Positions 1-9,601 of a DNA stretch of 64,000 bases are shown here, one piece after another. The notes under the pieces are model-generated. The model worked only from the letters and a program-made list of their open reading frames with translations, did not search any database and was not told where the DNA came from. Origin of the DNA: Candidatus Babeliales bacterium (GTDB lineage Bacteria; Babelota; Babeliae; Babelales; JBFXEV01); contig JBFXEV010000001.1 in assembly GCA_050179755.1 (NCBI GenBank), positions 265,994 to 329,993 on the forward strand, read 5' to 3'. The first letter of the stretch is position 1, and each line of letters begins with the position of its first letter. Position numbers and translations under genes: made by a program.

Positions 1-58
1 GTCGCATTGCAATTGTGTGTATGAAAGTTGCATACACGTGCACGTAAATTAATTTGAT

Positions 59-112
59 CCGCTCGAGACCCTTTCCTCAACGCCAAAGCTATGCCGGAAG
101 GGTCTCGAGCGG
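59..112. repeat. GC-rich 15-bp perfect inverted repeat (REP-like palindrome or terminator downstream of tamB)
   Basis: ccgctcgagaccctt (59-73) and aagggtctcgagcgg (98-112) with a 24-nt loop, just past the tamB stop. Confidence 0.7.
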
Positions 113-120
113 TTTTTGCG

Positions 121-2886
121 TCAAAAAGTTATTCGCGTTTCAATCTCACCACCAAGATCACCCCGCTCATCTTTAATACCACGAATATTAAAATCATCAG
201 ATACGTTAAATTCAAGCTCCACGCGCGTATCCTCAGTTAAACTAAAGTTCTTCTGAATCGTTGCATGTAATCGATCGCTTACATCAATTTCAATGGCACC
301 CCGGAATCCACCACGCGCTGTTTGATCACTAAAGCTAGGCACAATGCGAATATGCTTAAACGGTGCAAGCACATTATTTACATATGTTTCCACCGTGGAT
401 GACCCATGCTCGGTACCAAAAATATAATTTTGCACATTTTGCATAATGAGTGACGGCATTACAAGGCTCAACGAGCCTGCTTCTGATCCTGCAAGAAGTA
501 ACGTGATAATCTGCTCTTCATCTAGCGCTGGCGATGAATTAAAACTAAACGTTGGATTGCGCACCGTGCCGCCCACTTGCATGGTAACCGCATAGCGTTT
601 AATAGTGCCTTTTGCCGTCAGTTCAATGCGCGGATCATCTGGTTGATGCGATTCAAAATGGAGCATGCCATTAACTATGCTCAGTGGCCGATAGGGAAAC
701 TGCAACGTGCCATGCGTTAAATTAACAGAACCCTCCACGCGCGGTGCTGCAAGTGACCCCTTGCAGTAAAGCTCCACATCAAGATCAGTGTGTAATACAT
801 TCGTTCGTACTTGAATAGGATGCTGGTTAATCAACCGCACATCAAGGGCAACGTCTGATGGTGTGCCAATGAGAGAACTGCTTAAATCTTTCAGTAAACT
901 ACCTTGCACAGGCCCTGATAAGATGTTGTGTTTTACTTGTGCACGCTCAATAGATAACGTACCTTGAATGAGCGGTATTTCACCTTTATGATAGGTTAAT
1001 ACTACATATCCAGAAACTACCACAAACATATCTTTACCAACGTTTAAGAACAATTTATTAAACACAAGCGGTGCGTGGGCAAACGTTATATGCCCATGCT
1101 GATCATATTCAAACGTTGCACGCTGGCAACGCATAGTGCCTTTATGTAATTTTATATGCGCACCCATTACTACACATCGTTTTGCTGCAAGATCAATTTC
1201 TACTGGCACAACAGCTTCTTGTATATAGTTATACGTGGTGCCAAGCCGTATATTACCTTCCGGTAACAATAATTGCCCATATAACTTAGTATCTTTAAGC
1301 GCAGTTTTTACTTGTATGTCACCTTGACCGCGCATATCATATCCGGCACAACTGAGTATCACGGTACGTAAAAAAGGAAACATAACCGTACCTTCAAATA
1401 ACGTGTGCACATTTTTGCCAGCTTTAATGGCAATAAGCTCTTTGCCTGCTTGATCAGTAATAAGCACATTACGCAAAAGTATATGCGGCGTGAGCGCAAT
1501 CTCCACCACATATGGTTTATCATTAACTGCACCTTGTAATGAAAATTGCTCGTGATCAAGGTGTAACGTACCAGTGATTGCAGCTTGTGTTCCTACTTTT
1601 TCATGATGTGCTGTTGCCTTAATGGTGCCCTCAAGAGTTCCTGAAGTATCGCCTTGCACATTAATCTGAATTTCACGCGGCAACACGTGCCAATATTTAA
1701 AGGGGGCGCAGGTCAACCGTGCATCATTTTCAAAAAGCGCTTTGCCACGCTGTTCCTTTTGATACCACGTAAGCTCCCCTTTAATACGCTCAAACAGTGG
1801 GTCAATAAGCTCCAGGTCTGCATGCCAAGTGCCCTCTTGTGCATTAATTTTTGCAGCAATTTGCTCAACCAATGCCGTTTTATAGCGGCATTTGTTAATC
1901 TGAACGTTGCCCTGAATATTTTGTGACGCATTAAAAAGATCTGTAACGCGAGCGCGTACATAACAATCACCCTGAAATTCTCGTTCTTGTGCAACACCAG
2001 CATACAGCGCATTCCAATAAGAAAGTGGAAATTGCGCTTCCACATCAGCATGCACGGTGCCCGAGGGTGTGAGCACAATGTCTGCATGTTTAATAGCACA
2101 CGTTTCTTGCTTATTACTTAATGCAAGCGTGCCCTGTTTATTTTTCCATGCTGCACGCAACGAGCATTGCTGATCACCTACCGGTAATTGTGGTGCAATA
2201 AGATCAATATCCACCATGCCGCCATATCCGGCATTTTCAGGATCGCGTGATATTTCCACTGCAGCGTTACCCGTAATGGCGCTTGCAAGTTGGCGATTTT
2301 TAAGCACTACGCTACCATTGGTCAGATATACCGTAGTTTTAAATTGCGTACCAATGGTGCTTGATTCCGCTTTAAAATCAAGAGAAACTGCCGATTGATG
2401 ATCTGGTGTTGCAAGCGTAAGCGTTGTATGAGTTACTAATAACTTTTTAAGAGCCAGCGGCACATCTTGCTGAAATGAAACTAACTTTTGCAAGTGCTTG
2501 GTAAGCGGTACGTGACCATCATCATATATGCTCTGTGCCACCGCGCCATCTACGTGCACGTTAACTGCTACTTTACGCGTTTTTAAAAGTTCCAAATAAG
2601 AAAAGGTAAACGTACATTGCTTTGAGTGCCATTGCCATTCTGAAGGATCGTGTGCTGAAGCACCTGCATGTTCCACCACCATAGTTGGTGAGAGAAAATT
2701 AACGTGCACTACTTTGCCATACAATTTGCATTCAAGCATTTTCTCAAATGCACGCATCATACGCTGTTCAAGTAGTTGATGCACGCGTGGATTACGCCCT
2801 ATAAGCCACAAGGAAATACCTATACCCACCACAAGTGCGAGCAGTACGCGCAACATAAATTTTAATATCATACACAACGTTTCCAA
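121..2886 (-). CDS. tamB: Translocation/assembly module TamB-domain protein
   Basis: N-terminal TM anchor, long beta-rich body, C-terminal TamB/DUF490-like segment (LYCKGSLAAPRVEGSV...FNSSPALDEEQIITLLLAG). Confidence 0.8.
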   Translation of the reverse strand: METLCMILKFMLRVLLALVVGIGISLWLIGRNPRVHQLLEQRMMRAFEKMLECKLYGKVVHVNFLSPTMVVEHAGASAHDPSEWQWHSKQCTFTFSYLELLKTRKVAVNVHVDGAVAQSIYDDGHVPLTKHLQKLVSFQQDVPLALKKLLVTHTTLTLATPDHQSAVSLDFKAESSTIGTQFKTTVYLTNGSVVLKNRQLASAITGNAAVEISRDPENAGYGGMVDIDLIAPQLPVGDQQCSLRAAWKNKQGTLALSNKQETCAIKHADIVLTPSGTVHADVEAQFPLSYWNALYAGVAQEREFQGDCYVRARVTDLFNASQNIQGNVQINKCRYKTALVEQIAAKINAQEGTWHADLELIDPLFERIKGELTWYQKEQRGKALFENDARLTCAPFKYWHVLPREIQINVQGDTSGTLEGTIKATAHHEKVGTQAAITGTLHLDHEQFSLQGAVNDKPYVVEIALTPHILLRNVLITDQAGKELIAIKAGKNVHTLFEGTVMFPFLRTVILSCAGYDMRGQGDIQVKTALKDTKLYGQLLLPEGNIRLGTTYNYIQEAVVPVEIDLAAKRCVVMGAHIKLHKGTMRCQRATFEYDQHGHITFAHAPLVFNKLFLNVGKDMFVVVSGYVVLTYHKGEIPLIQGTLSIERAQVKHNILSGPVQGSLLKDLSSSLIGTPSDVALDVRLINQHPIQVRTNVLHTDLDVELYCKGSLAAPRVEGSVNLTHGTLQFPYRPLSIVNGMLHFESHQPDDPRIELTAKGTIKRYAVTMQVGGTVRNPTFSFNSSPALDEEQIITLLLAGSEAGSLSLVMPSLIMQNVQNYIFGTEHGSSTVETYVNNVLAPFKHIRIVPSFSDQTARGGFRGAIEIDVSDRLHATIQKNFSLTEDTRVELEFNVSDDFNIRGIKDERGDLGGEIETRITF

Positions 2887-3371
2887 GTGCCATCAAAAAA
2901 ATACGTACGTAAATAACTTACTGGTGAAACGCCAGAGGAGATTGCATATAACCAAGTTGCTTTATCATCGGTAATATACACCGTGCCAGCGTCAACCGTT
3001 CCTTGAGCATAGCATATAATCTGAGAATCTTTAAAAGTAATTGGTTGATCAAGATGAGTGTGTGGTGCTGCTGGTGGCCCTGAAACACCTGGCATGATGC
3101 CAAATTTAACACCCCGCGCCAAATGATACGTGCGCCCGGCACCACGTATGATATTATGCGCACTATCAAATTCAATGGTATGATCTTGACCTGTTGCCAG
3201 AGCTAATCGCTGCACGTATGTTACAAACGAACGAATATTCTCTACTTCCCAGCGCACAACATGGCGTTGCATAAACCCAAGATGGGGAACTGCAAGCATT
3301 ACGATGATGAGCACAAAGGCAAGCACCATGCTTACGTATAAAAGGAGAAAGCCTGACTTATTATAATTCAA
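2868..3371 (-). CDS. Prepilin-like/pseudopilin protein (GspH/FimT-like)
   Basis: KSG|FLLLYVSMVL class III-like signal with hydrophobic helix; likely TTG start at 3371 overlapping the gspE stop; position +5 is Y, not E. Confidence 0.6.
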   Translation of the reverse strand: MNYNKSGFLLLYVSMVLAFVLIIVMLAVPHLGFMQRHVVRWEVENIRSFVTYVQRLALATGQDHTIEFDSAHNIIRGAGRTYHLARGVKFGIMPGVSGPPAAPHTHLDQPITFKDSQIICYAQGTVDAGTVYITDDKATWLYAISSGVSPVSYLRTYFFDGTWKRCV

Positions 3372-5079
3372 CCACGGTATTTTCTTCATCAATGGTGGCA
3401 ACACGCAATACTTCTTCAATGGTGGTGATTCCTTCTTTAATTTTACGTACACCATCTTGCAAGAGCAATGTCATGCCATCATGAATCGCTTGCTTTCTTA
3501 TAAGCGATGAATCAGCACGTTCCACTGTAAGCTTTGCAATGTCGGAAGTCATTTGCATGATCTCAAAAATGGCAATACGTCCTTTATAGCCTGTTTGATT
3601 ACATTCAGCGCAACCCTCTGGCTTATAAAACGTAATACCTTTGGCAGATGCTGGTGCTAAGCCAATTTTTTTCAATGTTTCTGCGTCAGGCGTATAGGCA
3701 ACTTTACAATCATCGCAAAGTCTACGCACAAGCCGTTGCGCCATAACGGCCACAATAGAAGATGCAATTAAAAATGGTTCCACGCCCATATCAATAAGTC
3801 GCGTGATTGCCGATGGGGCATCATTGGTATGCAAGGTACTTAATACAAAGTGGCCAGTAAGTGCTGCTTGAATAGCAATTTGAGCAGTTTGTTGATCACG
3901 TGTTTCCCCAATCATAATAATATCAGGGTCTTGCCGCAAAATTGAGCGCAGTGCTGCAGCAAACGAAAGACCAATAGTATCTTTTACTTGTACTTGCCCA
4001 ATGCCAGACATTTGATATTCCACAGGATCTTCAACGGTCACAATATTAACGCCTGGTTTATTAAGCGTTGATAAAATAGCGTATAAGGTGGTTGTTTTAC
4101 CCGATCCGGTGGGGCCGGTTACATAGAAAATACCGTTTGGCCGTTCAATGGTCTGCATGACCACTTCCAGATCGCGTTTACTAAAACCAAGTTTATCAAG
4201 CGTTGCAAATGAACGCGTTTTATCAAGCAAACGCATAACAATACGTTCACCAAATTGCACCGGAAGCACTGAAACACGAATGTCATACGCTTTATCGGCA
4301 ACTTTAATTTCAATACGGCCATCTTGTGGCAAGCGCTTTTCTGCAATATTAAGATTAGCCATAATCTTTATACGGGATGACAATGCGCCTTGCACACGCT
4401 TGGGTGGCATCATAACATCATACATAATGCCGTCAATGCGATAGCGGACTCTCAGCTCTTTTTCAAAAGGTTCAATGTGAATATCAGAAGCGCCGCGTTT
4501 AACCGCTTGTACCAATATATGATTAACCAATTTAATGATAGGAGCCTCTGCTGCCATTGCCAGAATATCTTTATCTTCAATTTCTGCAAATTCAATAGCT
4601 TCTGGGGCACCTTTTTCTTCTTCAAGCTCCTCGATCATCTCGCGAGCACCTTCAAGGGGATAATAGCGATTTATAGCATCAATAATCACCCGCTTGGTTG
4701 AAATAGCAGTTTTAGCTTGACCTTGCAACAATACGTTCAGCTCATCAATAGGCTGAAAATCTTGGGGATTGGCAGTAACAATAGTAATAACGCCATCAAT
4801 CATTACTGGCACCACTTCATGCGTGCGTAAAAACTTAAGGGGAAACTCGCCGAGTAATTTAGGATCGGCCATTTTTTCCGTGATTTGAGAAAGGTAATTA
4901 ACGTGTACCAAATCAGCATATGCTTGTGCAATTTGCACATCTGTTGCAAGCCCTTGTTGCTCTAAACAATCGGCAAGAGAGAGCGGCGTACCTGCAATAG
5001 ATTGCCTGCAAGATTCTACCTTATCAGCAGTTACTATACCTTTTTTTATTAATATTTGGCCAATATCTCGTATTTCCAT
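3361..5079 (-). CDS. gspE: Type II secretion ATPase GspE (PulE/PilB family)
   Basis: Walker A GPTGSGKTT, TVEDPVEY, LRQDPDIIMIGETRD, LSTLHTND, two CxxC zinc motifs; start moved to MEIRDIG at 5079 to avoid overlap with bamD. Confidence 0.93.
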   Translation of the reverse strand: MEIRDIGQILIKKGIVTADKVESCRQSIAGTPLSLADCLEQQGLATDVQIAQAYADLVHVNYLSQITEKMADPKLLGEFPLKFLRTHEVVPVMIDGVITIVTANPQDFQPIDELNVLLQGQAKTAISTKRVIIDAINRYYPLEGAREMIEELEEEKGAPEAIEFAEIEDKDILAMAAEAPIIKLVNHILVQAVKRGASDIHIEPFEKELRVRYRIDGIMYDVMMPPKRVQGALSSRIKIMANLNIAEKRLPQDGRIEIKVADKAYDIRVSVLPVQFGERIVMRLLDKTRSFATLDKLGFSKRDLEVVMQTIERPNGIFYVTGPTGSGKTTTLYAILSTLNKPGVNIVTVEDPVEYQMSGIGQVQVKDTIGLSFAAALRSILRQDPDIIMIGETRDQQTAQIAIQAALTGHFVLSTLHTNDAPSAITRLIDMGVEPFLIASSIVAVMAQRLVRRLCDDCKVAYTPDAETLKKIGLAPASAKGITFYKPEGCAECNQTGYKGRIAIFEIMQMTSDIAKLTVERADSSLIRKQAIHDGMTLLLQDGVRKIKEGITTIEEVLRVATIDEENTVVEL

Positions 5080-5229
5080 ACCTGCACTCTGCTCCCAAGC
5101 TATCATATAAACAGCGGCTTGAAAGTTATCAACTTGCGCAAGAGCCGCTTCTTTGGTAATATACAAATAGTATACTTTAAAAGAAACAGTTTTGACACCT
5201 CCCCATCATTTGCCTACCACGAGAGAGCT

Positions 5230-6138
5230 ATGCTATCACACCTTTGCAAGCAGCAGTACATTACCGTTTTTTGTATGATTACATTACTTTTGACCGGGTG
5301 CGGTGGCTCAAACAAACGCAAAAAAGCACCACGCCAACGACCAAATAAAACGGGCGTATTCTCATCTTGGACCGATTCTTATTTAAAAAATAAAGAAACC
5401 GTTGCTCAGCAAAAGGCATTACGGCAAAAAATGCGGGACGAGCTGCCAACAACTAAAATTAATGATATGACATTTGATCAACTGGTGATTGCTCGTAAAT
5501 ATTACGATGAACTGGGGCAGCATGATCGCGCTATTAAATGCTATGAACGTTTGCTCACACTTTCAAAAGACTCTCTACAATTAAATAGCCTACGCCTTGA
5601 ACTTGCCGATAGATTCTTTGAAGAAGGCAATTTTGAAAAAGCAGGCAAATTATACACCGGCTTTTTAGAATTCTATCCCGGTAGCGATAAACGAGAGTAT
5701 GTTGAATACAAAGCAATTCTTGCGCACTTTTATTTAACACTTTCAAGTGATCGCGATCAAACAGAAACTAAAAATACGTTAGCGCTCACGCAAGACTTTT
5801 TAGCGCATAAAGATATATACACCACGTATTCACAAGAAGTACAAAATATTCAAAAGCAATGTTATGAAAAATTAACGCAAAGTGAAATGAATATTTGCGC
5901 ATTCCATGTGCGTCATGGTAATAATAAAGGTGCCGAGCAACGGCTTGCGTATATTAATAAGCATTTGCGCCGCCATGCACCGGAACTTGAACATGAACTA
6001 CTCGCGCTTGAAACTAATGTGCACACGGCCGTAGGCTTGCCATTGCCTGATGTGCAAAATGCATTGCAACAAGACAACGTGGTACTTGCTGATAATGATA
6101 CAACAAGTTCTAAAAAACACATGGCGAACCGGTTCTAA
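5230..6138 (+). CDS. bamD: Outer membrane assembly lipoprotein BamD (YfiO/ComL-like, TPR)
   Basis: Lipobox LLTGC, TPR helices, FLEFYPGS, DRDQTETK motif; start re-assigned to ATG 5230. Confidence 0.8.
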   Translation: MLSHLCKQQYITVFCMITLLLTGCGGSNKRKKAPRQRPNKTGVFSSWTDSYLKNKETVAQQKALRQKMRDELPTTKINDMTFDQLVIARKYYDELGQHDRAIKCYERLLTLSKDSLQLNSLRLELADRFFEEGNFEKAGKLYTGFLEFYPGSDKREYVEYKAILAHFYLTLSSDRDQTETKNTLALTQDFLAHKDIYTTYSQEVQNIQKQCYEKLTQSEMNICAFHVRHGNNKGAEQRLAYINKHLRRHAPELEHELLALETNVHTAVGLPLPDVQNALQQDNVVLADNDTTSSKKHMANRF

Positions 6139-6141
6139 TGC

Positions 6142-6507
6142 ATGGCACTCACCCAAGACCTTGGTTCACATGGCGAAGAAAAGGTAGCACTTTGGCTCAC
6201 AAAGCAAGGCTTTACCATACAAGCAATGAACTACCGCCAACGTTGCGGTGAAATTGATATTATAGCATGTAAAAATGAAGTGCTTGCCTTTGTGGAAGTT
6301 AAACTCCGCACACATGCATACTTTAATATTTCAGAAGTTATCACTCCTTCAAAACAAGCAAAAATAATAAGAACGGCGATGATGTATATAATGGAACATA
6401 AGATCTCCAACAAGGTATATAGATTTGATGTTGCATTACTCGAAAAACATACGGATAAATATAAACTCACCTATCTACCCAATGCTTTTACCCAATCGGC
6501 ATATTAA
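6142..6507 (+). CDS. yraN: YraN family (UPF0102) putative endonuclease
   Basis: LGSHGEE...NYR...GEIDIIA...FVEVKLR...RFDV pattern. Confidence 0.92.
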   Translation: MALTQDLGSHGEEKVALWLTKQGFTIQAMNYRQRCGEIDIIACKNEVLAFVEVKLRTHAYFNISEVITPSKQAKIIRTAMMYIMEHKISNKVYRFDVALLEKHTDKYKLTYLPNAFTQSAY

Positions 6508-6509
6508 CT

Positions 6510-7136
6510 ATGAATGAATTTTTAGAACGCACAAAAACTAGTTTGATTATTGGCATATGTGCAGCAGTACTTTTTCTCTATTTCCCGCCAATGGTTATAA
6601 GCGCTTTACTTATTGCCTGCGCAGGATGGATACTGCTTGATGAATGGCCAAAAATTGCACGGCATATGGGCTTTACTGGCTGGCTTCTTGCAATCTTTTA
6701 TATCATTTTACCGTTTGAAGCCCTTATCTATCTTAATAGAACAAATCAACCCGCGCTTATTATGATGTGCATATTGGTGGCAAGTTGCGATATTGGCAGC
6801 TATATATTTGGTTCACTATTTGGCAAACATTTACTTGCACCTGATATTAGTCCCAAAAAAACATGGGAAGGGTTATGGGGTGGCATATTCACCACCATTA
6901 TAACGTTTTATGGCATCTCTTTGTTTATGGGTTCGCAAGAATCGTTAACGTATTCTATATTTGCAGGAATACCTATTGCTTTACTTGCTATTGCCGGTGA
7001 TCTATTTGAATCTTTTTTAAAACGCAATGCAGATATTAAAGATGCTGGCTCTCTTTTGCCTGGCCACGGCGGGTTACTTGACCGCTTTGATAGTCTTATT
7101 TTTGTGGTAACTTTTTATTATTATTTTTTACTTTAA
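6510..7136 (+). CDS. cdsA: Phosphatidate cytidylyltransferase
   Basis: ISPKKTWEG, GDLFESFLKRNADIKDAGSLLPGHGGLLDRFDS signature; multi-TM. Confidence 0.93.
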   Translation: MNEFLERTKTSLIIGICAAVLFLYFPPMVISALLIACAGWILLDEWPKIARHMGFTGWLLAIFYIILPFEALIYLNRTNQPALIMMCILVASCDIGSYIFGSLFGKHLLAPDISPKKTWEGLWGGIFTTIITFYGISLFMGSQESLTYSIFAGIPIALLAIAGDLFESFLKRNADIKDAGSLLPGHGGLLDRFDSLIFVVTFYYYFLL

Positions 7137-7163
7137 CTCAACATAATTGATACGAGAAATATC

Positions 7164-7658
7164 ATGAAACATTATATAGTGTTCTCACTCATCACTGCAT
7201 CTTTAATACCGTTGCCTACATTGGGCATGGACAACCAAAATAGCCTACAAAGGTTTACGGCACCCGCTCCAGCAGAAAAAGATTCGGTGCTTGTTTATCG
7301 CGACAATAGAGTTTATGTGGACATGACCAGCCAAAATGTCCTACAAAAAAAATTAAACGCACTCGCTACCGCAGAAAAAGTTTCTGTGCTTCTTAATGAT
7401 GGCAGCCATGCTATGATAGAAGGTAAATTGGCTCTTGACGTGCGCGATGCTATAATCACAACAATAGGCAGCATATATATAGAAGAAGATGGTTCTGTGC
7501 AAATTACAAAATGCTTGCCTTCTCAGATCACTTTGCCCATGACAACCCCACAATCTAATACTCCATGGCATCATGGAACACTGGGCGCTGCTCTTACGTT
7601 TGGCACGGGAGCTCTTGCCGCTTATTTATTATTGAAATGTAAAGACAGCAGCGAATAA
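7164..7658 (+). CDS. Hypothetical secreted protein with C-terminal TM tail
   Basis: Signal peptide TLG|MD, C-terminal GAALTFGTGALAAYLLLKCK. Confidence 0.75.
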   Translation: MKHYIVFSLITASLIPLPTLGMDNQNSLQRFTAPAPAEKDSVLVYRDNRVYVDMTSQNVLQKKLNALATAEKVSVLLNDGSHAMIEGKLALDVRDAIITTIGSIYIEEDGSVQITKCLPSQITLPMTTPQSNTPWHHGTLGAALTFGTGALAAYLLLKCKDSSE

Positions 7659-7769
7659 CAACATATTTATGGGTGAAACTCCCCGATTCAAGTTTTGCCA
7701 TATATAATCAGTAAGAATCGTGCTATTTTTTAATTTATCACTCTAGAAATTCAGCTTTTCATACGATTG

Positions 7770-8268
7770 ATTCCTCCACGCGCCTTCCGGCCAGGTTGAG
7801 ATCTTTTGTTTGCTCAAAAGACCTCAACCAAAAGAGCCTGCAAGGATAGCCATCCTTGCATATCCTGCGTTTTGGCTTTTCCTCTAGCGAACTTTTTTGA
7901 AAGTTCTAAGAGTTAAATCAAAACGGTCAAAGCCTCACAGTATCAAAGAAATTTAGAATTTGCCAATATGTTTATGATGAATGCAAGAAAAATACATGAT
8001 AAACAAGAAAACATACACCTACTCACGCGCTGAAGAATAATGCAATGCACTTTTTGATAATGAATTCCTTGGCCGTTTAACCCGGACTCTTAGCACTTTT
8101 TTGAGTTCCGAAAAAGTGCGCCGGAGGAGTATTTAAACGCCGGATATATAAACCTGGAAGGTTTATGGGCCCTTTGGAATTGAAAGGGCTTTGGGCAAGC
8201 AAAGCCCGTCACTTGCCCGGGGAGGGCCGAAGCTGTAAAATATGAAATATAACTAACGGCCTTGAATT
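7770..8268. other. Highly structured non-coding element (candidate ncRNA or MITE)
   Basis: Many hairpins in a 690-bp intergenic gap with no ORF of 60 aa or more. Confidence 0.5.
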
Positions 8269-8349
8269 TAACTCTGCCCCTTTATTGCATAATGCATCGC
8301 TCCGGAGTAAACTTACGGCAGTAATTTATTATTCAATAAAGGAACCCCT

Positions 8350-8733
8350 ATGAAACACTTACTCACCGCAATCTTTATGGGAACATCTTTAATAATTGCT
8401 TCTGCTTCAGCAATGGACAAAGATGACTGGGGCCATAAAGGCTATTTACTTGCAACTGTAGCAGACGATAATTTAAACATTGTTAATGCGCCTAAAGCAT
8501 GGGCTCATTTATCAAAAACAGAACAACGCTTAAGGTTGGGTGCCCCTCTTACAAAGCTAACATATGAAGGTGAGCGCGAGCATCCCACATCAGTTACTGT
8601 AGATTGTGCTGAGTTAAACTTAGGCCAACAAGGCGGATCGCGACTTCGTACACTACTCACTCATGGTGCTACCTTTGCAGCCGGAGCAGCTCTCTGCTTG
8701 CTTATTACAAAGAATATGAAAAGTCCTGAATAA
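8350..8733 (+). CDS. Hypothetical secreted protein with C-terminal TM tail
   Basis: AAGGA RBS, signal ASA|MD, tail HGATFAAGAALCLLITK. Confidence 0.78.
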   Translation: MKHLLTAIFMGTSLIIASASAMDKDDWGHKGYLLATVADDNLNIVNAPKAWAHLSKTEQRLRLGAPLTKLTYEGEREHPTSVTVDCAELNLGQQGGSRLRTLLTHGATFAAGAALCLLITKNMKSPE

Positions 8734-8753
8734 TAACAGTAAAAAGGAATATT

Positions 8754-9584
8754 ATGAATCACGTAACAAAATTCGCTGCTCTAAACATTTTAGTATTTAC
8801 TGCACATTCCTATGGCATGCTGGCAGGCGGGGACATAGCAAGTTTTGGCTCAGTATCTCAACGAACCGTTGATCATTCAGATCGCTGTAACCCCAGGTTA
8901 ACAATCGATGCATCAAATCCGTCTGTTTTTCCACCAACTGACACCAAAGAACATAAGTCTTGCGATAAACTAGCGCTGCTAAGATCAACACCACTTGATA
9001 ACATAAAAGTTATAAACCTACCAGATGATTATGAACTTACTGACGGTAATAAACAATTTTTAGTACTACAACTTATGGCAGCCGAAGATGCTGTCACTGT
9101 TGATACTGAAAATCAAAGTATGCTAATTATTGATGCTTCAAAAACCTATGCCCTTTCAGATGTATCTGAAGAGGAAGATGATGAAGACATTGTTTCTTGC
9201 CCATTAGCCACACCTGTTGCAAGATTAGACCGATTACTACAAGCTGAGCCAGAAGAAATTGAATTAGTAAGCAATGGAAAACTTTATTTAGATTCACCCA
9301 AAAATAAAACGTTAGTTAGAAATAGTGCGCTTGCATTCTTTAACAACTTACTAAATACAGTCGTAGAAACCGAAGATGGTAGATTAGCTGTTGATGTTGG
9401 ATCTTTAACTCTCTTGCTACGCTCTTGCCAAGCTGAAGCTTTAACAGGATCTACACCATCTGCACAACCAAGCCCTCGCAGGAAACGTATTCAAGAACTA
9501 TTATTTAATAAAGTAACGCTTGTAGGAGCTACAGCAATTCTCACATGGATTGCGGCAAAAAACTTTGGGGCATCTGGCGAGTAA
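8754..9584 (+). CDS. Hypothetical secreted protein, duplicated domain, C-terminal TM tail
   Basis: AAGGA RBS, signal SYG|ML, acidic linker, tail VTLVGATAILTWIAAK. Confidence 0.78.
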   Translation: MNHVTKFAALNILVFTAHSYGMLAGGDIASFGSVSQRTVDHSDRCNPRLTIDASNPSVFPPTDTKEHKSCDKLALLRSTPLDNIKVINLPDDYELTDGNKQFLVLQLMAAEDAVTVDTENQSMLIIDASKTYALSDVSEEEDDEDIVSCPLATPVARLDRLLQAEPEEIELVSNGKLYLDSPKNKTLVRNSALAFFNNLLNTVVETEDGRLAVDVGSLTLLLRSCQAEALTGSTPSAQPSPRRKRIQELLFNKVTLVGATAILTWIAAKNFGASGE

Positions 9585-9601
9585 ATTGTAATAAAGGTTA
9601 A

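Noticed and set aside
5056..5229. Head-to-head overlap of the gspE and bamD ORFs as given in the track
   Set aside because: Artefact of longest-ORF calling; starts at 5079 (-) and 5230 (+) remove the overlap and give a sensible lipoprotein signal.
7775..7800. ccggaagg on the minus strand resembling the SRP RNA core
   Set aside because: The flanking CAGG and AGCAGC asymmetric-loop residues of 4.5S RNA are missing.
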